NCBI GenBank assembly: GCA_016906335.1
Contig: JADEYG010000009.1
Location: 868,001-932,000 of the forward strand
Direction: 5' to 3'
DNA length: 64,000 nucleotides
Source: Novakomyces olei
Taxonomy: Eukaryota
Positions within the stretch are counted from its first letter, which is position 1, and every line of letters begins with the position of its first letter. Below are positions 31,811 to 44,864 of the stretch, one piece after another. A program made the translations under genes and the position numbers. The notes under the pieces are model-generated. The model was not told where the DNA came from. It made no database searches and was given only the letters and a program-made list of their open reading frames with translations.

Positions 31811-32383
31811 GAGCGAACTGCAGTCGGGTTGATCCACTGTACTGTATTGCACTGCTTTTTCGTCAGTTTATCTATTACTATTAGAATGGTGTTGCTATTG
31901 TGTAATTAAAAATCATTAATCATTATAATATTAATTAACTAACTATGAACGAATTATTTAACACTTCATTTAATTATTCATTTAATAATACAATCTCGTT
32001 TTAATTCAAATCTCAAAACGAGACTGTATTTAATCCGATTTAATTCAATTGTTTTCGATAAATCTGATAATGGAGCAAATAGGTTTCAACGCGTCCTCAA
32101 TTTTTTAAACTTTATGCAACGTAACGCAAATGAGAGAATCCAGATCCACTTTTCTTTTCATACTAAATATACATCAATAAGCTATCAATTCGTTCATACT
32201 TTTTCTGCGCAATTACAACTTTACCGCTTTATTCTACAAATTAAAGCTTTAATTTAATCTAAATTATCAATCAAAAGACAGAATAAAAGACAATACTGAT
32301 CCATTCTTCATATTGCTTAAATTTCGTCGTCATTCTATGCCGTAATGTCTATATCATCATTATATTTGCGTCAAAAAAGTTCC

Positions 32384-35300
32384 CTAACATTTCCAAAGCA
32401 ATTTCATCGCACGGGGCACGCTTCCCTGGCACTGCAGTAAAGCCTGCTTTGACTGCTCCTCACCAAACTGACCCGTGCCCATAATGTATTGTAATTTCAC
32501 AGAATAAACTGCATCCTGCGCCTTTCGCTTCCAGTCCTGTGCCACCCTTTCAAATATCCGCTGCTTCTCCTGTGGATTCACAGTTTTAACCCTAACCCTA
32601 AATGAACCCGTAACCGGTCTGTGGTCAGACAAGTAAATCTCGTGCCGATTATAGGCAGCACACGTGACCGTGTCCTCCGACTTCCACAGAATCCGATCAC
32701 ACCAAGCGGGAACGCGAAACTTTTCACTGCTGTCATACGTGTCTGTGCCCACATCGTACTTATAAGTTGGAGCAAAGCTTATCTTTGCCTCCGTAAACAT
32801 CCGCAATCGAAGCATCGGGTTACGTTTCCGTTCAATCGTTAATTGGTCCAGTTCCAGCAGCCTATCAATGTCTCCAGCCTTAATTTTGTCTTCCACATGG
32901 CTTCTCTTGCCGGCAATTCGATAATTCAAGTCTCCGTTCCAGAAGCAAACTTCATGGTCCAGCACCATTGATCCATCGCCCCCACCAGTGAAGATATTAT
33001 TACGAATTGCTTCGTTCCGCTCGGGCTCCAGAGTACTTGACTCTAAGATTTCGATAGCATTTGCATTTCGAGCATTTAAAGCATCTTGCCCTGCAGCTAA
33101 ATGTGCATTTACAAAGCACATCGACGTGTCCTCGAATATAAGACGGGAAACTAATGCTCCTTTGTTGCCTAGCACACCAGCAAAACCAGTCTTGACTGTA
33201 GTAGAACGAACACCCCGCATGGAAGGCAGATTAGGTTGTTTAACAAAGATACAGGTGAAAAGCCCCACAAGCTGTGCAGTGTGAACGTGCTCATACGTAT
33301 TTTCATTAATGCTACCGCTATTTTCCAAATCACGCATGGCCTGAATCAGGTAATCCCGCCAGTGTTTGTACTGGTGGGATAAAAAATCCTGAATTTCTCC
33401 ATTATCGTTCTTTTTCGATGTAAGAAGACTTTTGGCCGTGAGCTTCTTGTCTTCCAAATCAATCAGCTCTTGGAATCCAAACACGACAACGTCTGGAGCC
33501 GGTGATGCGCTGACAAAAGACACCAGGTCTACGTCAGAGGCGACAGGTGGCCTTGCTGCTCCCACATTATAGGTACATATAGCAACGTTAATGTCTTTAA
33601 AACTGCAGTACTGTGATTTTCTTTGCTTCATTTGCTCTTCAAGCCAATCGTCCATTAGTAACCCGTCCCAAAGCTTGATCTCGCCGCCACTTCCACCCGA
33701 CATTGAGACTACTTGAATGCGTTTGATTCGCCATAGGCAAGACACGTCGACGCAGAGTGTAATTTGTGAGTTTTTATGTGCTCTCCACTGTTTCAACAAT
33801 GTCCATGAGAAAGAGTTATCACAATTATCATTATCATCATTGTTATTAGTATTATCATTAGTGTTAGTATTATTACTGTTGTTAGCATTATTGTCATTGT
33901 TTTCATTTTTATCCTTATTATTATCATAAGGAGAATATACGCAGATATGCCCATTCTCATGAGACACCCACAACGCCTCGTCGACTACTGCCATTGATGT
34001 GATGCCCTGGCCAAAAAGATTTATTGAATAAATAAAGGCCAACTGTGATTTAGAGTAAACGGAAACGTTCCCGTCTTCATGGCCGAAATAAACTTCGTCC
34101 CGGCCGGGCCAAATGCAACCAGAAGTAATTGCACTGTTCACTTTAGGTGCAGAAAGAGGCTTTGACCCTACTTTGAAAAGGCTCAGTGTATGTGCTCCGG
34201 CTTCCGGGTCAAATATCTTAATTTGTCTTCCAGATCCCACCCATAATTGGCCGCCCACGCAAAGAGAAAACGAATGCTTCGGGCCGAGACGGAAAGAATG
34301 TGCCGGGCTGCTCATATCAATCTCGGCTGGTGATGCCGAGGCCGAGGCCGAAGCCGAAGGAGCTGGCAGGCTGCTCTGCCATACTAAAAGCCGTCCGCTC
34401 TCATCGATGCTCAATACTTTTGTTGGAGTATTCAGAATGCGTACAACTGGAGCGCGATGCGAATGCATTTGCCTGGCCACAACCATTCGCTTCGCAATAT
34501 CCATTTGCCATAACGAACCGTCTTTGAACCCTAGCCAAACAGTGTTTTGTGCAGGAGTTAAAGAAGCTGAATCTCCATCGTTCGCATCAAAAGGCGATCC
34601 TACAAAGGCGATGGCAGTGCACTTTGTAGCGTCATGATTAACTGTCCATACAAGTGTCCCTGAATTTGCATTGTAAACCTGAGTAAATGAATGGAAGGCC
34701 ACACATATAAATGAGCCTGAAACTGCTAGTAAACGGGCTTCCCCGTTTACATTAAAGGGTATCTCTGACACGAACTGTTTGCCAAATACCGGGGGTCGAC
34801 GATTGACGTGAGTAGCATCTGGCGGAGAAAGAACATACCCGTTTGAAGTGAAATAAGGGCCAGAATTATTAATGTTAATGCTGGCGTTTGAGGCGAGAGT
34901 TGGCTCTTCCGTTACAGACTTTGTATGAGCCAAAAAAGCAGCTGAAGAGGCAGGCACCTCAGGATTAATCAACGAGTTTGCTATATGTGATGAAGGAGTA
35001 GGAGGAGGCCGAGGAAATTCACGTTTTATAAAAGTTGTAGATAGAGTATCTGCAGGGCCATTATTACGTGAAACTGCTGAAGTAATAGCCGAATTTTTTG
35101 TAATGGAAGCCTTTCGATCAAGGTCGACTCGACGAGGAGGCGGAGGCAGAGGAGAAGAGCCCTGTAGGGTCGAAGAAGGTAGAGGATGAGAAGAAGGAAG
35201 AGGATGAGAAGAAGGAAGAGGAGGAGGATGAGAAGGAGATTGAGAGTTTGACAGCAAAGGCATGGAAGAATTGCTCAGAAAATGAGACGGGAGAGACTGC

Positions 35301-36503
35301 CTTTCTTCCCTTGAGGCTTCTGCCCGCATGGCTACAATAGCATGATGAACTGGCGGAGGTGGCATTGGCTTATAAGGAGCCTTTAAAGCTGGCGCCTCTA
35401 CCGGAGCATTTGTGCTTGCTGCAATCATATTAGAAGCAATTGGAACTGGGAGCGTTCGTCTTGGTGGAGGAGGTGAAGGGCTGGGTAAAGTGTTACCTGC
35501 TGGAGACACTGGAGAAGATCCACCAGAGCCGGAAGACCTCGTTCCACTACTAACGCCAAGCGTGCTTGTAGCAATCGGACCGGGAGAAGAAGAAATATTG
35601 AAACTCGAAAGCCTTGTATGATGAGAAAAGTCTGGTCGTGGGGACCGCGAACTGCGATCTTGGCCATTGGCAGTGATATTGTTCGGTGTACTGCGCCCAG
35701 AACCAGACGGGCTCGATCTCTCATTATTGCGAACAGCCTCTTGCAGAGGCGAACTAAGCCTGAAATCGCCAGCAGCTTTGCTACCCGCAGCGTTACTGCC
35801 CATAACAGAACCAGGCGATGCATCAGTCACAGAGACGGAGGGCAGATGATGCTCATGAAATTTGGGTTTAGTCGCACGTACGGGAAAAGGCGTGTGCACG
35901 ACACGTTCGTGCACTGGACTTGCTGGCCGACTCGATTTTGCTGCGCCTTAGACGTTAGTTATGTTAATACAGATGATCGAATAAAGGAAAGGAAACTAAA
36001 ACTAGACTCAAAGTAAAACTCAAAAGTAAAGAAATTAAATTAATATTTAGAATTATATTGAATTAAATTAAATTAAATTAATATTGAAATTGAAATTGAA
36101 ATTGAAATTGAAATTGAAATTGAAATTGAAATTGAAATTAGAAATAACAGTGGAAAGAGCACTTTATTTTCCTGCCCTAAATCCAGCACCAAAAGTCAAG
36201 CGCATGAACGTAAATATGGCAGCATTAAACCATAAAATAGTAATAAACCAATAATGACCCATAAAAAGGCCAGCATCAATTTAATGAAAATAACCATAAC
36301 AAAGGCGTACCATCAAGGGCTTTAGCTGCCACGATCTTTGCTCCCGTGTCCGGATCACTGAGCTTTCTCACTGTAGGCGGCAATGGAGGAGGCGGTCGAC
36401 GTCTGTCTGCCGGAGGATCTACACCATTCCCAAGCGCGAGCCGTTCGTATTTGTCTTTGAGAGAGGAAAAAGACAATGTCTCTTCGCTGCTGCCATTGTC
36501 CAT
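32384..36503 (-). CDS. Inositol polyphosphate 5-phosphatase with Pro-rich N-terminus and WD40-like region
   Basis: IPPc motifs GFQELI, GNKGA, FVNAHLAAG, WNGDLNYRI, PTYKYD, PAWCDRIL, SDHRPV. Exon 1 36503-36311, intron 36310-~35941/35947. Confidence 0.9.
36083..36138. repeat. (TTGAAA)n hexanucleotide microsatellite in intron
   Basis: About 9 copies directly visible. Confidence 0.95.
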
Positions 36504-37164
36504 TGCGCTTCGCACTCGGCAGTGCTCCACAAGACACAATAAGATTTGATCACGATACAATGCGATGTTTTTGCTCTTTACTATGGGTTCGCGACTTTTC
36601 CGCGGCCATTCCAATTGCTGTCCCCACAATACTGTTTAACTAACGGCCATTATAGATTGGGAAAAATCCACGCGCGAGCGTAAATTATATTAATTAAACT
36701 ACGAAGTCTTAGTCTCAAGTATCCGAAGGAGTAGTTGTACATAATTTGGCCGTTGCTTCGAAAATAGTAAAGTAATCAGCGAAAAAAATCAAGTAATCAG
36801 AGAAAAGGTTATTTAAGAAAGGATGAAATTTACGACGACACCCTTCAACCGCTAATATGCATGACCCAAAATTTATTAAATTAATCACACTGATAATCTA
36901 TGGAGCTAATAGTATGAATAATTACGTCTAGTTAGTTATATGATGTATTTAATTAGGCTGTCTTGCTCCGAGGATAATAGCCTTCATGCGTTGAATAATG
37001 TACCTGCTTTTTATTATCTGATTTGCTCGTGTAATTTGAAACACTACTTTGGATTTGCCGTGGATATAGGCTGCTTTGTACAGATACAGCAGGCTATAAA
37101 GGGACCGGTAACGATAAACATTTCATTAATTGTACCAGTCTATATCCAACATATTTTGCAGACG

Positions 37165-37763
37165 TTATTCAGTAATAATATTAAATATTTTTTCGCCAGA
37201 AGCAAACACAGTCAAACTGCCATCGACCCCGCTGGTCACCATTGCGGGGCGTGTGGGATGCATGGCGACGGCAGTGACAACACGACCGTCATGATCTGGC
37301 AGCTCATAGGCCAAACGGCCGTCCAGAAGATCCCACGCACGGATGACCCCATCTTCGCCGCCGCTCACTGCATACTCGTCGTTCACAGAAAAGGCAGAGC
37401 GACTACGATACTGGGAATTTTTATTGCCTCTAAATTCTTGCAACATCCCGCCATTGGCCTTGTCAAAGAGCCGTAGACAGGAATCTAGGGAGGTAACGAG
37501 AACGCAATCTGCGTCCTGTGTAAGGCAGATACTCGTTATAGGCGCACCAACAACGTCTGTAAATAACTGCCCCATACGAAGGTCGTATGTTCGTAAGCGG
37601 CCATCTACGCTTCCGGTAATGATTTCGTTCTCCGTGATGGCCAATGAAGTTACACTATCGCGAGCGTCGTCCAAAATTTGTATCGGAGCATTAGATTGCG
37701 ACTTGCAATCCCACAGGCGTACAGTAGCATCAAACGAGCCTGAAATGATAATTAATTAACAAA

Positions 37764-37854
<91 letters not shown>

Positions 37855-38273
37855 AAAGCAATTACCACTAGCGAGTACAGTAGCATCTTTATTATAAGCG
37901 ACCGCATTAACACGTTGAAGATGGCCGTGAAACCGCCGAACAATTCTGCCTGCCCCTACATCCCAAGTGTAGACAGCACGATCTCCGCCACAGCTGGCGA
38001 AACGGCTGCTGTCCGCAGTAACACAAATATCTAGTACCTCATAGCCATGTCCTTTTTATTAAAGTTAGGATCTGATTAAGTTTATGATTCGCTACCTGTA
38101 AAAGAACGAATATGTGAGAGGGACTGTGGGTTCCAAAGATCAATTGACCGATCATTGCTTCCAGACAAAACGTATTGGCCTGAAGAATTGTATACTACGC
38201 AGTTGATAGGCGCTTGCAATTGCTCATTTTTGCGAGCCCGAATCGATCCTTTCCTTTGAGCCGGGAAAGGCAT
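37165..38273 (-). CDS. WD-repeat protein WDR83/MORG1 homolog, 3 exons
   Basis: GQYVLSGSNDRSIDLWNP, GHGYEVLD, FASCGGDR, SGSFDATVRLWD, ITGSVDGRLRTYDLRMG. Introns 38095-38052 and 37865-37740. Confidence 0.88.
37760..37855. repeat. (AAAT)n microsatellite, ~24 units, inside WDR83 intron
   Basis: Directly visible. Confidence 0.97.
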
Positions 38274-38596
38274 TAGTCAGTCATGACGATTGTGTCTGAT
38301 TTTGGTCATTTGCAAATAATACCTTTTAGAAGTGAATATTTAAATATAGCACAACACTTTTGCAGTCATTAAACGTAATTATTTTAGTGAAATTCTTATA
38401 CACAAATAATAAAGTGCCCTAGAAAATACAGCTCCAGTGCATATATTATATATCTGTACAATATTTGCAGTTATCCACGCAGTTCTCATTAAATGTAATA
38501 GGAAAAGTATATATTTAGTGAAATTCTTATACACAAATAATAAGTGCTCACACAAATACGGCTCCAGTACAATCCTCCGTTTCGACTGCGGGTACA

Positions 38597-39137
38597 ATGG
38601 TAAAAGGCCGATCGTCTCTCGTCAATGCTAATCCGCTGTGTAGTCGGTGCAACAGTCTGCAGGAATTCAAACGCTTCTAGAGGTTTGACTCCTAAATTTG
38701 CTGCTTCCGACTAACCTTTAATTAGGCAGAGAAAGAGGCCTCAAAGATTGTAGAAAAGGCGCGGCAATGTACGATGCAGTGTTATGCTTTACTATTAACG
38801 CACTTTAGATCGTTCGCAGCGCGTCAAGGATGCACGGGCCGAAGCAGATCGGGAGATCGAGGCCTATCGCGCCAGCAAGAATGCTCAGTTTGAAGATCTG
38901 GAGAAGCAGGTAAGTGCGAGCCGGATAAGAAATGAATAAAGAGCACTTTACTAATCCATCAAGAACTCGGGCAAAAACGAGGAGGCTGAGAAGGAGGCAG
39001 CTGCTGACGTGAAAAGCCAGCTAGCTGTGATTGAAGAAGCTAAAGCAGAGGCAAAGGAGAAATTGGTAGATTGCCTTTTGGCCTCTGTCTCAGCAGCCAG
39101 AGCGGAGCCTCATATCAATGCCAAGATTGAGCTTTAG
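38597..39137 (+). CDS. VMA10: V-type ATPase subunit G, 5 exons; absent from the ORF track
   Basis: ATG-only first coding exon 38597-38599. Spliced product MSVQQSAGIQTLLEAEKEASKIVEKARQYRSQRVKDARAEADREIEAYRASK...PHINAKIEL, TAG at 39135-39137. Confidence 0.92.
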
Positions 39138-39473
39138 TGAATGGACAATTGGTTGAATAATTGGTCTGTGGAATTGCATGATTTGGCTGTGATTTATCTA
39201 TATAATTGATGAAATTACGCCGCTTCGCAAAGTACCTACGTATGTGATATATAAATATAATTAAAGTTTGCGAATCAATCAAAGTTGGTCATTTATGAAA
39301 TTAAAGCACGCAGAGGACTAGGAAAGGAGAATGTAAATAAAAAACATATTTGAAAAAAAAGAATGCTGAATATCGAAACATTCAGAAGACGGTAACCGCA
39401 AACCCGACTCTTCTTGACACCTCTCGAGGCTGTATATTGTGTGTCTAGCTCAATTTGAGACTCAAAGTCGAGA

Positions 39474-40714
39474 TTAGCGACGCCTGGAGCTCCCCCCATT
39501 ATGCCCGTTTGTAAGTTGCATCGACTCAACCTCTTCCTGGAGCTGTTTGACGCCATGATGAGCCTGCTCCAGGTCGCGATTGAGCTGATCGCGTTCGGCA
39601 ATAAGCCGCTGCTCCCAGGATCGGAATCTAGCTTCTTCCTGCTTAACCTGCTCAGTAAACCGTTTTCGCAAGGCCTCTTCTTCCTCCTTGAATTTTGCAT
39701 TATCAATCTTGACATTTTTCGTAGCTGGCCGATCTGACATGAGCTGGGAGGCACGATAATGCTCGTAATGAATTTCATCTGTTGCCAATAAAAGATCGAG
39801 CATGTGAGTGCGCAAAAGCAAGTTTCTCAACTTTCTAAAGTCGCAATGCTCATCATTTTCAACCTCTGCAACGCCCCAAGCGTACTGGCGGCCCTTCACA
39901 ACTCGTCCATCCGCAGTCTGCACGTCACTCTCGCTGCCAATTACGCTAAAAGGCATCGCATTGATGAGTGACTGTGTCGTTTCCACACTGCGTGGGTCTT
40001 GTTCATTGATCGGCGGAGTAAAAATTTTGATCTCTTGAGCTTCAATTACAGCCATAATGCGCTCTTTAAAGGCTTGCATATCGTCCGGACCAAGCGTATC
40101 CGCCTTTGCAATTACAGGGATAACGTTTACACGCGAGCACAACGACTTCAAGACTTTAACGTCCAGTGGCCGGAGCGAATGACCCGTGGGCCGAATAAAG
40201 TACAGGCAAGCATGAACACGGACATCAGACTTCTCCTGGCGCCGAGGTTGCCGATCTTGCCGCATGTATGATTCGTGCTGGTCATCGATAAATTCTACAA
40301 TACTTTCCCAGCAGCCATTGTTGGAGACAAAATCGCCAAGGCCAGGGGTGTCAATGACCGTCAAATGCACAGTAAATCCACGCTCTTCCAGCTCTGCACG
40401 GTTGATCTCAATACCCACTGTCTTGTTCATCTGCAGCTCATGCCGTTTTTTGTTATTGAAGGGACGCTTCAATTGCGTAGTAAATAGCGTGTTTAAGAAC
40501 GTTGTCTTTCCGAGCCCCGTTTCACCTGAATTTCATACGTTAGCCAAAGGTCAATGTTAAGGTATAAGCGTAAAAGCTGAAACCATAAAGTATAGGGGAA
40601 CAGGTACACACCCGCTAGCATCAGCGTAAAGTATGCGCCTTTACGATTCACGATCCGATGCCTTTGATTTGGCAGATTGGCAATGCCTACATCAAGGCCT
40701 GCGTCTAATCCCAT
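39474..40714 (-). CDS. CDC12: Septin Cdc12/Spn4
   Basis: VGIANLPNQRH, P-loop GETGLGKT across intron 40611-40526, DTPG, AKAD, GRQYAWG, C-terminal coiled coil FKEEEEALRKRFTEQV...AERDQLNRDLE. Confidence 0.92.
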
Positions 40715-41129
40715 CGTGGAACACTGATCTACTGCTCAGAGAAGCGTCGACAGTTGGCGTCACGTTGTCCGAACGATCACACTTTTCGACTCGAACTTAA
40801 ACGAGTCTAGAGCAAAAGTGTACGAATCACACTCTCGTGGCAACACTGAAACGCGATCGATGCGTATAATCTGCGCGTGCCTTGCTGCTTTAGCGCCTGA
40901 TTGACAGAGTTCTTTGGCAGTTTGTGGTGAAGGTAATATGGCGCGTTCGGTTATTATACTGAGCGCGTTTTTCCACTGAGGCGCTTTCTGGCGAATAGCG
41001 GTCGTTAGGGTTTTTATTGTTACTGCAGGTTAATATTAATATGGCTCAGATTTGTGCTGTAGCGTAACTTGGCTGTTATAATAGATATTTTATTTACAAA
41101 AAGTAGAAAAATATGTTGAGTGAAAATTA

Positions 41130-41130
<1 letters not shown>

Positions 41131-41178
<48 letters not shown>

Positions 41179-41235
41179 AATAAATAAAGAAAGAAAGAAA
41201 AAAAGAATTAATTAATTAATTAATTAATTAATTAA
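41131..41235. repeat. Compound (AAAG)n/(AATT)n microsatellite in CDC12-PWP2 divergent promoter
   Basis: Directly visible. Confidence 0.9.
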
Positions 41236-41457
41236 AAAAAAGATATAACAATAATAATAATAATAATTAAACTATTAAACAATTAAAAAAAAAAGATTAA
41301 ATTAAAAAAAAAATCAAATAATAATTTATTGGATACATTGCGCAAAGGCGAAAAAGATTCAGGCAGTCGCAAATTAAGGCTTTACGACATTGGTGACGAC
41401 GAACAGACGATTACTTTTCGCTTCTTTTCAACGTCTTATTGATACACTTATGGCGCA

Positions 41458-44400
41458 ATGAAGACAAACTTTCGCTTTACCAATTTACTGGGAACAGTGT
41501 ACAAGTCGGGAAATCTTTTATTCTCGCCAAACGGCGAACTTTTATACTCTCCTGTTGGAAATCGAGTATCATGCTTTGATCTTGTTAGGTAATTCAGTTT
41601 CGAGTCTCTGCTTTGAGTCATCGTCCGTTCCTTTTTTGCTGTTGAATTTTTTGTTTCTTTTTCTCCAAGAATCGTTACGCTCTGTTGTAGTGTCTATAAC
41701 CATCGTCCCGGTTTGCTTTTACCGATACTTCACCTCAAGCCACGTTTGTCTATACCCAACACGTCTACTTGCTTTGACTATCTGTTTCCAATGCTGCAAT
41801 TAGCTCTCTCGAGAGCATTTTATTCGTCTATATAACCCTGTCTCCATACCTTTTTTTCTTGACTTGCTACCCTCCTCTCATCCCCCGGTTGAACAGTCAA
41901 ATACAGCTCTCTACACTCTTAAGCCTATTATTCCCCTCTCTCACACCCTTCTATTCATTTTGATGCCTTAAATGTCAAAAGCAGCTCCTCTAATCAATCA
42001 CAGAAACAAGTTTTTCACATTCCCCTTTGAAAACCGCAAAAACATCGCGTGTATTGCTCTTTCACCGCAGGGCACACTTTTGCTCAGTATCGATGTGGAA
42101 GGCCGTGCCGTCCTTGTCAACGTTGTTCGGCGCACAGTGCTGCACCATTTTAATTTCAAAGACCCCGTAAACTGTGCCGCCTTTTCTCCCGATGGCCGCT
42201 ATATTGCAGTCGGACTTTCGCGGCATGTTCAAGTATGGAGGACTCCGTTGGCGGAGGAAAGGCTCGAGTTTGCTCCCTTTGTCCGTCACCGTGTCTACAC
42301 TGGGCATTATGATGCCGTTACATCGGTAGTTTGGTCCGGGGATAATCGGTTTTTCCTGACTGCCAGTCGGGACATGACGGCAAGGATCTACTCGCTGAAC
42401 CCGGAACCCGGGTTCCAGCCAACCGTGCTGGCTGGGCATAAGAGTGCCGTTGTAGGAGCCTATTTTACCCCCTCACAGGAGACGGTGTACACTGTGGGAC
42501 AGGACGGGTCCCTGTTTGAATGGGCCTTTCAGCCTCTTTATCGTGAGGGAGAGGTGATGGACGAGGCTGGGGACGACGCAATGGAAGGCCAAGATGGAAC
42601 AAGCCAAGATGGAGAAACGAGTGACTCTAATCCTGCCCGACCCTGGATCTGGATGATTAGAGCGAGACACTACTTCAACCAGGCCAATGCCCGGGTCCAG
42701 TGCTGCACTTTCCACACGGCCACAAACCTTTTGATTACAGGGTTTTCCAATGGAACCTTTACGCTGTACGAACTGCCCTCCTTTTCCGCAATCCACACGC
42801 TCAGTATCTCCAACACTGCCGTTGACCAAGTGGTGGTAAATGCCTCTGGAGAATGGCTTGCCTTTGCATCCTCTAAAGCGGGTCAGTTGCTGGTGTGGGA
42901 GTGGCAGTCCGAGTCCTACATCCTCAAGCAGCAAGGCCACAACGACGCCATGTCGTGTGTGGCCTATGCCGTTGATGGGCAAAGGCTTGCTACTGGATCG
43001 GACGACGGCAAGATCAAAGTATGGGACGTGCAGTCCGGGTTTTGTCAGGTAACATTTGACCAGCACAAGGCAGCCGTCACTGGTCTCGAGCATTCACGCA
43101 GGGGTAACGTCCTCTTCTCCAGCTCGCTCGATGGGTCAGTTCGGGCCTGGGATCTTGTACGGTACAGGAACTTTAGGACTTTTACGGCTCCCGGCAGGGT
43201 ACAGTTTTCGTGTGTGGCCGTTGATCCTGGAGCAGAGGTAGTGGCAGCAGGCAGTCTGGACGTCTACGAGATCCACCTCTGGTCAGTGCAGACGGGCCAG
43301 TTGCTGGACAGGCTGGCGGGCCATGATGCTCCAGTATCCACTCTTGCTTTTGCTCCAGATTCTGGTCTTTTAGCCAGTGGCTCATGGGACCATTCGGTAA
43401 GGGTTTGGGACATATTCTCTCGGAGTCGCAGTGTCGAGCCTTTGCGGACAGACTCTGATGTGCTCGACATCGCTTTCAGACCGGACGGACGGGCTCTCTG
43501 CATAGCCACTCTGGATGGGAACCTCGTGTTTTGGGATCCTCAGGAGGGTCAGCAGGCGGGGACTGTAATCAACGGCCGAAGGGATATTGTTGGTGGAAGG
43601 CGGCAGGACGATGCTGCTACTGCTGCCAATTCAATGGCCAGTCGGCACTTTAGCTGCGTCTCTTATTCAGCGGACGGCAGAGTCGTAATTGCCGCTGGAC
43701 GGTCCAAATTCGTTTGCATGTACGATGTTGCGAGCCAAACACTGTTGAAAAAGTTTGCCTTTTCCAACAATGCTTCGCTCGAAGGCACCAGAGACCTGCT
43801 GGACTCGCGGGAGATGACGGAGGCTGGTCCACTCGCCCTGATCGATACTCAGGGTGAGGCCTTGGACCTGCAAGACCGGCTGGACACGAGTCTTCCAGGC
43901 GCCCAACGAGGCGCCGATTTCTCTAAACGATCGGCTCTTCGGCCCGAAGTCCGGGCTACAGGGCTCCGGATATCTCCGACAGGCCAGGCGTTTGCTGCCT
44001 CCACGACCGAGGGTCTCTGTGTATACTCACTGGACAATGATTTCCTGTTTGATCCTTTCGACTTGGACATCGATATTACGCCAGAGGCAATTGAGCAGAC
44101 ACTAAAGGGCGATAATGTGCAGTACACTCTCGCACTCGTAATGGCTTTTCGTCTGAATGAACGACGCCTCATTCACACTGTGTACGAGTCTGTTCCACCA
44201 AAGGATATAAGGCTCGTTGCTGAATCTGTGCCGCGTACGTACTTGTCCCGATTGCTTTTGTTCATCGGGTCCATTGCCGACGAGTCTCCCCACATTGAGT
44301 TTCACGTTCGGTGGATAGACGCTTTGCTCGCCTACCACGGCCAATGGATAAAGGCACACGCAAACACTTTTGCTGTTGAGCTGAGGGGCTTGCAAAAATG

Positions 44401-44497
44401 CGTGCTGCGTATGAACCACGATTTTGTTCGGCTCGCTGACAGAAACAAGTACGCTGTCGACTTTATACTAAGCAAACGCTCCAAAATGATACCATAG
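41458..44497 (+). CDS. PWP2: SSU processome WD40 protein Pwp2/Utp1
   Basis: Exon 1 MKTNFRFTNLLGTVY...SPVGNRVS; intron 41589-42003. GQLLVWEWQSESYILKQQGH, VRAWDLVRYRNFRTF, FDPFDLDIDITP. Confidence 0.96.
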
Positions 44498-44610
44498 CTG
44501 GATGTAAAAGATGGAAGGAAAATAAAATAAAGAAATCTCAAAATCAATTCAATTCAATTGAATAGATGTAAAGACCAATGTACATGTATTTTAATTCTTA
44601 AAATTATCGA

Positions 44611-44775
<165 letters not shown>

Positions 44776-44864
44776 TTAATTAATCAGTTTATTCATTCAT
44801 TAAAAAATTGTTTATCTATAATTTATTTTATTAGTTGGTTACTATTTATCTATGTATTTATTGC

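Noticed and set aside
32587-32602. TAACCCTAACCCTAAA as a telomeric element
   Set aside because: Lies in coding sequence (FRVRVK) of the 5-phosphatase; explained by codons.
37752-37943. ORFs with (FIYL)n resembling membrane peptides (also 44554-44766 and 56087-56411)
   Set aside because: Translations of (TTTA)n or T-rich microsatellites.
42473-43093. 206-aa antisense ORF in PWP2 (similar ones in UBP15 and DLD2)
   Set aside because: Overlap strongly conserved genes; non-ATG or weak starts; no domain signal.
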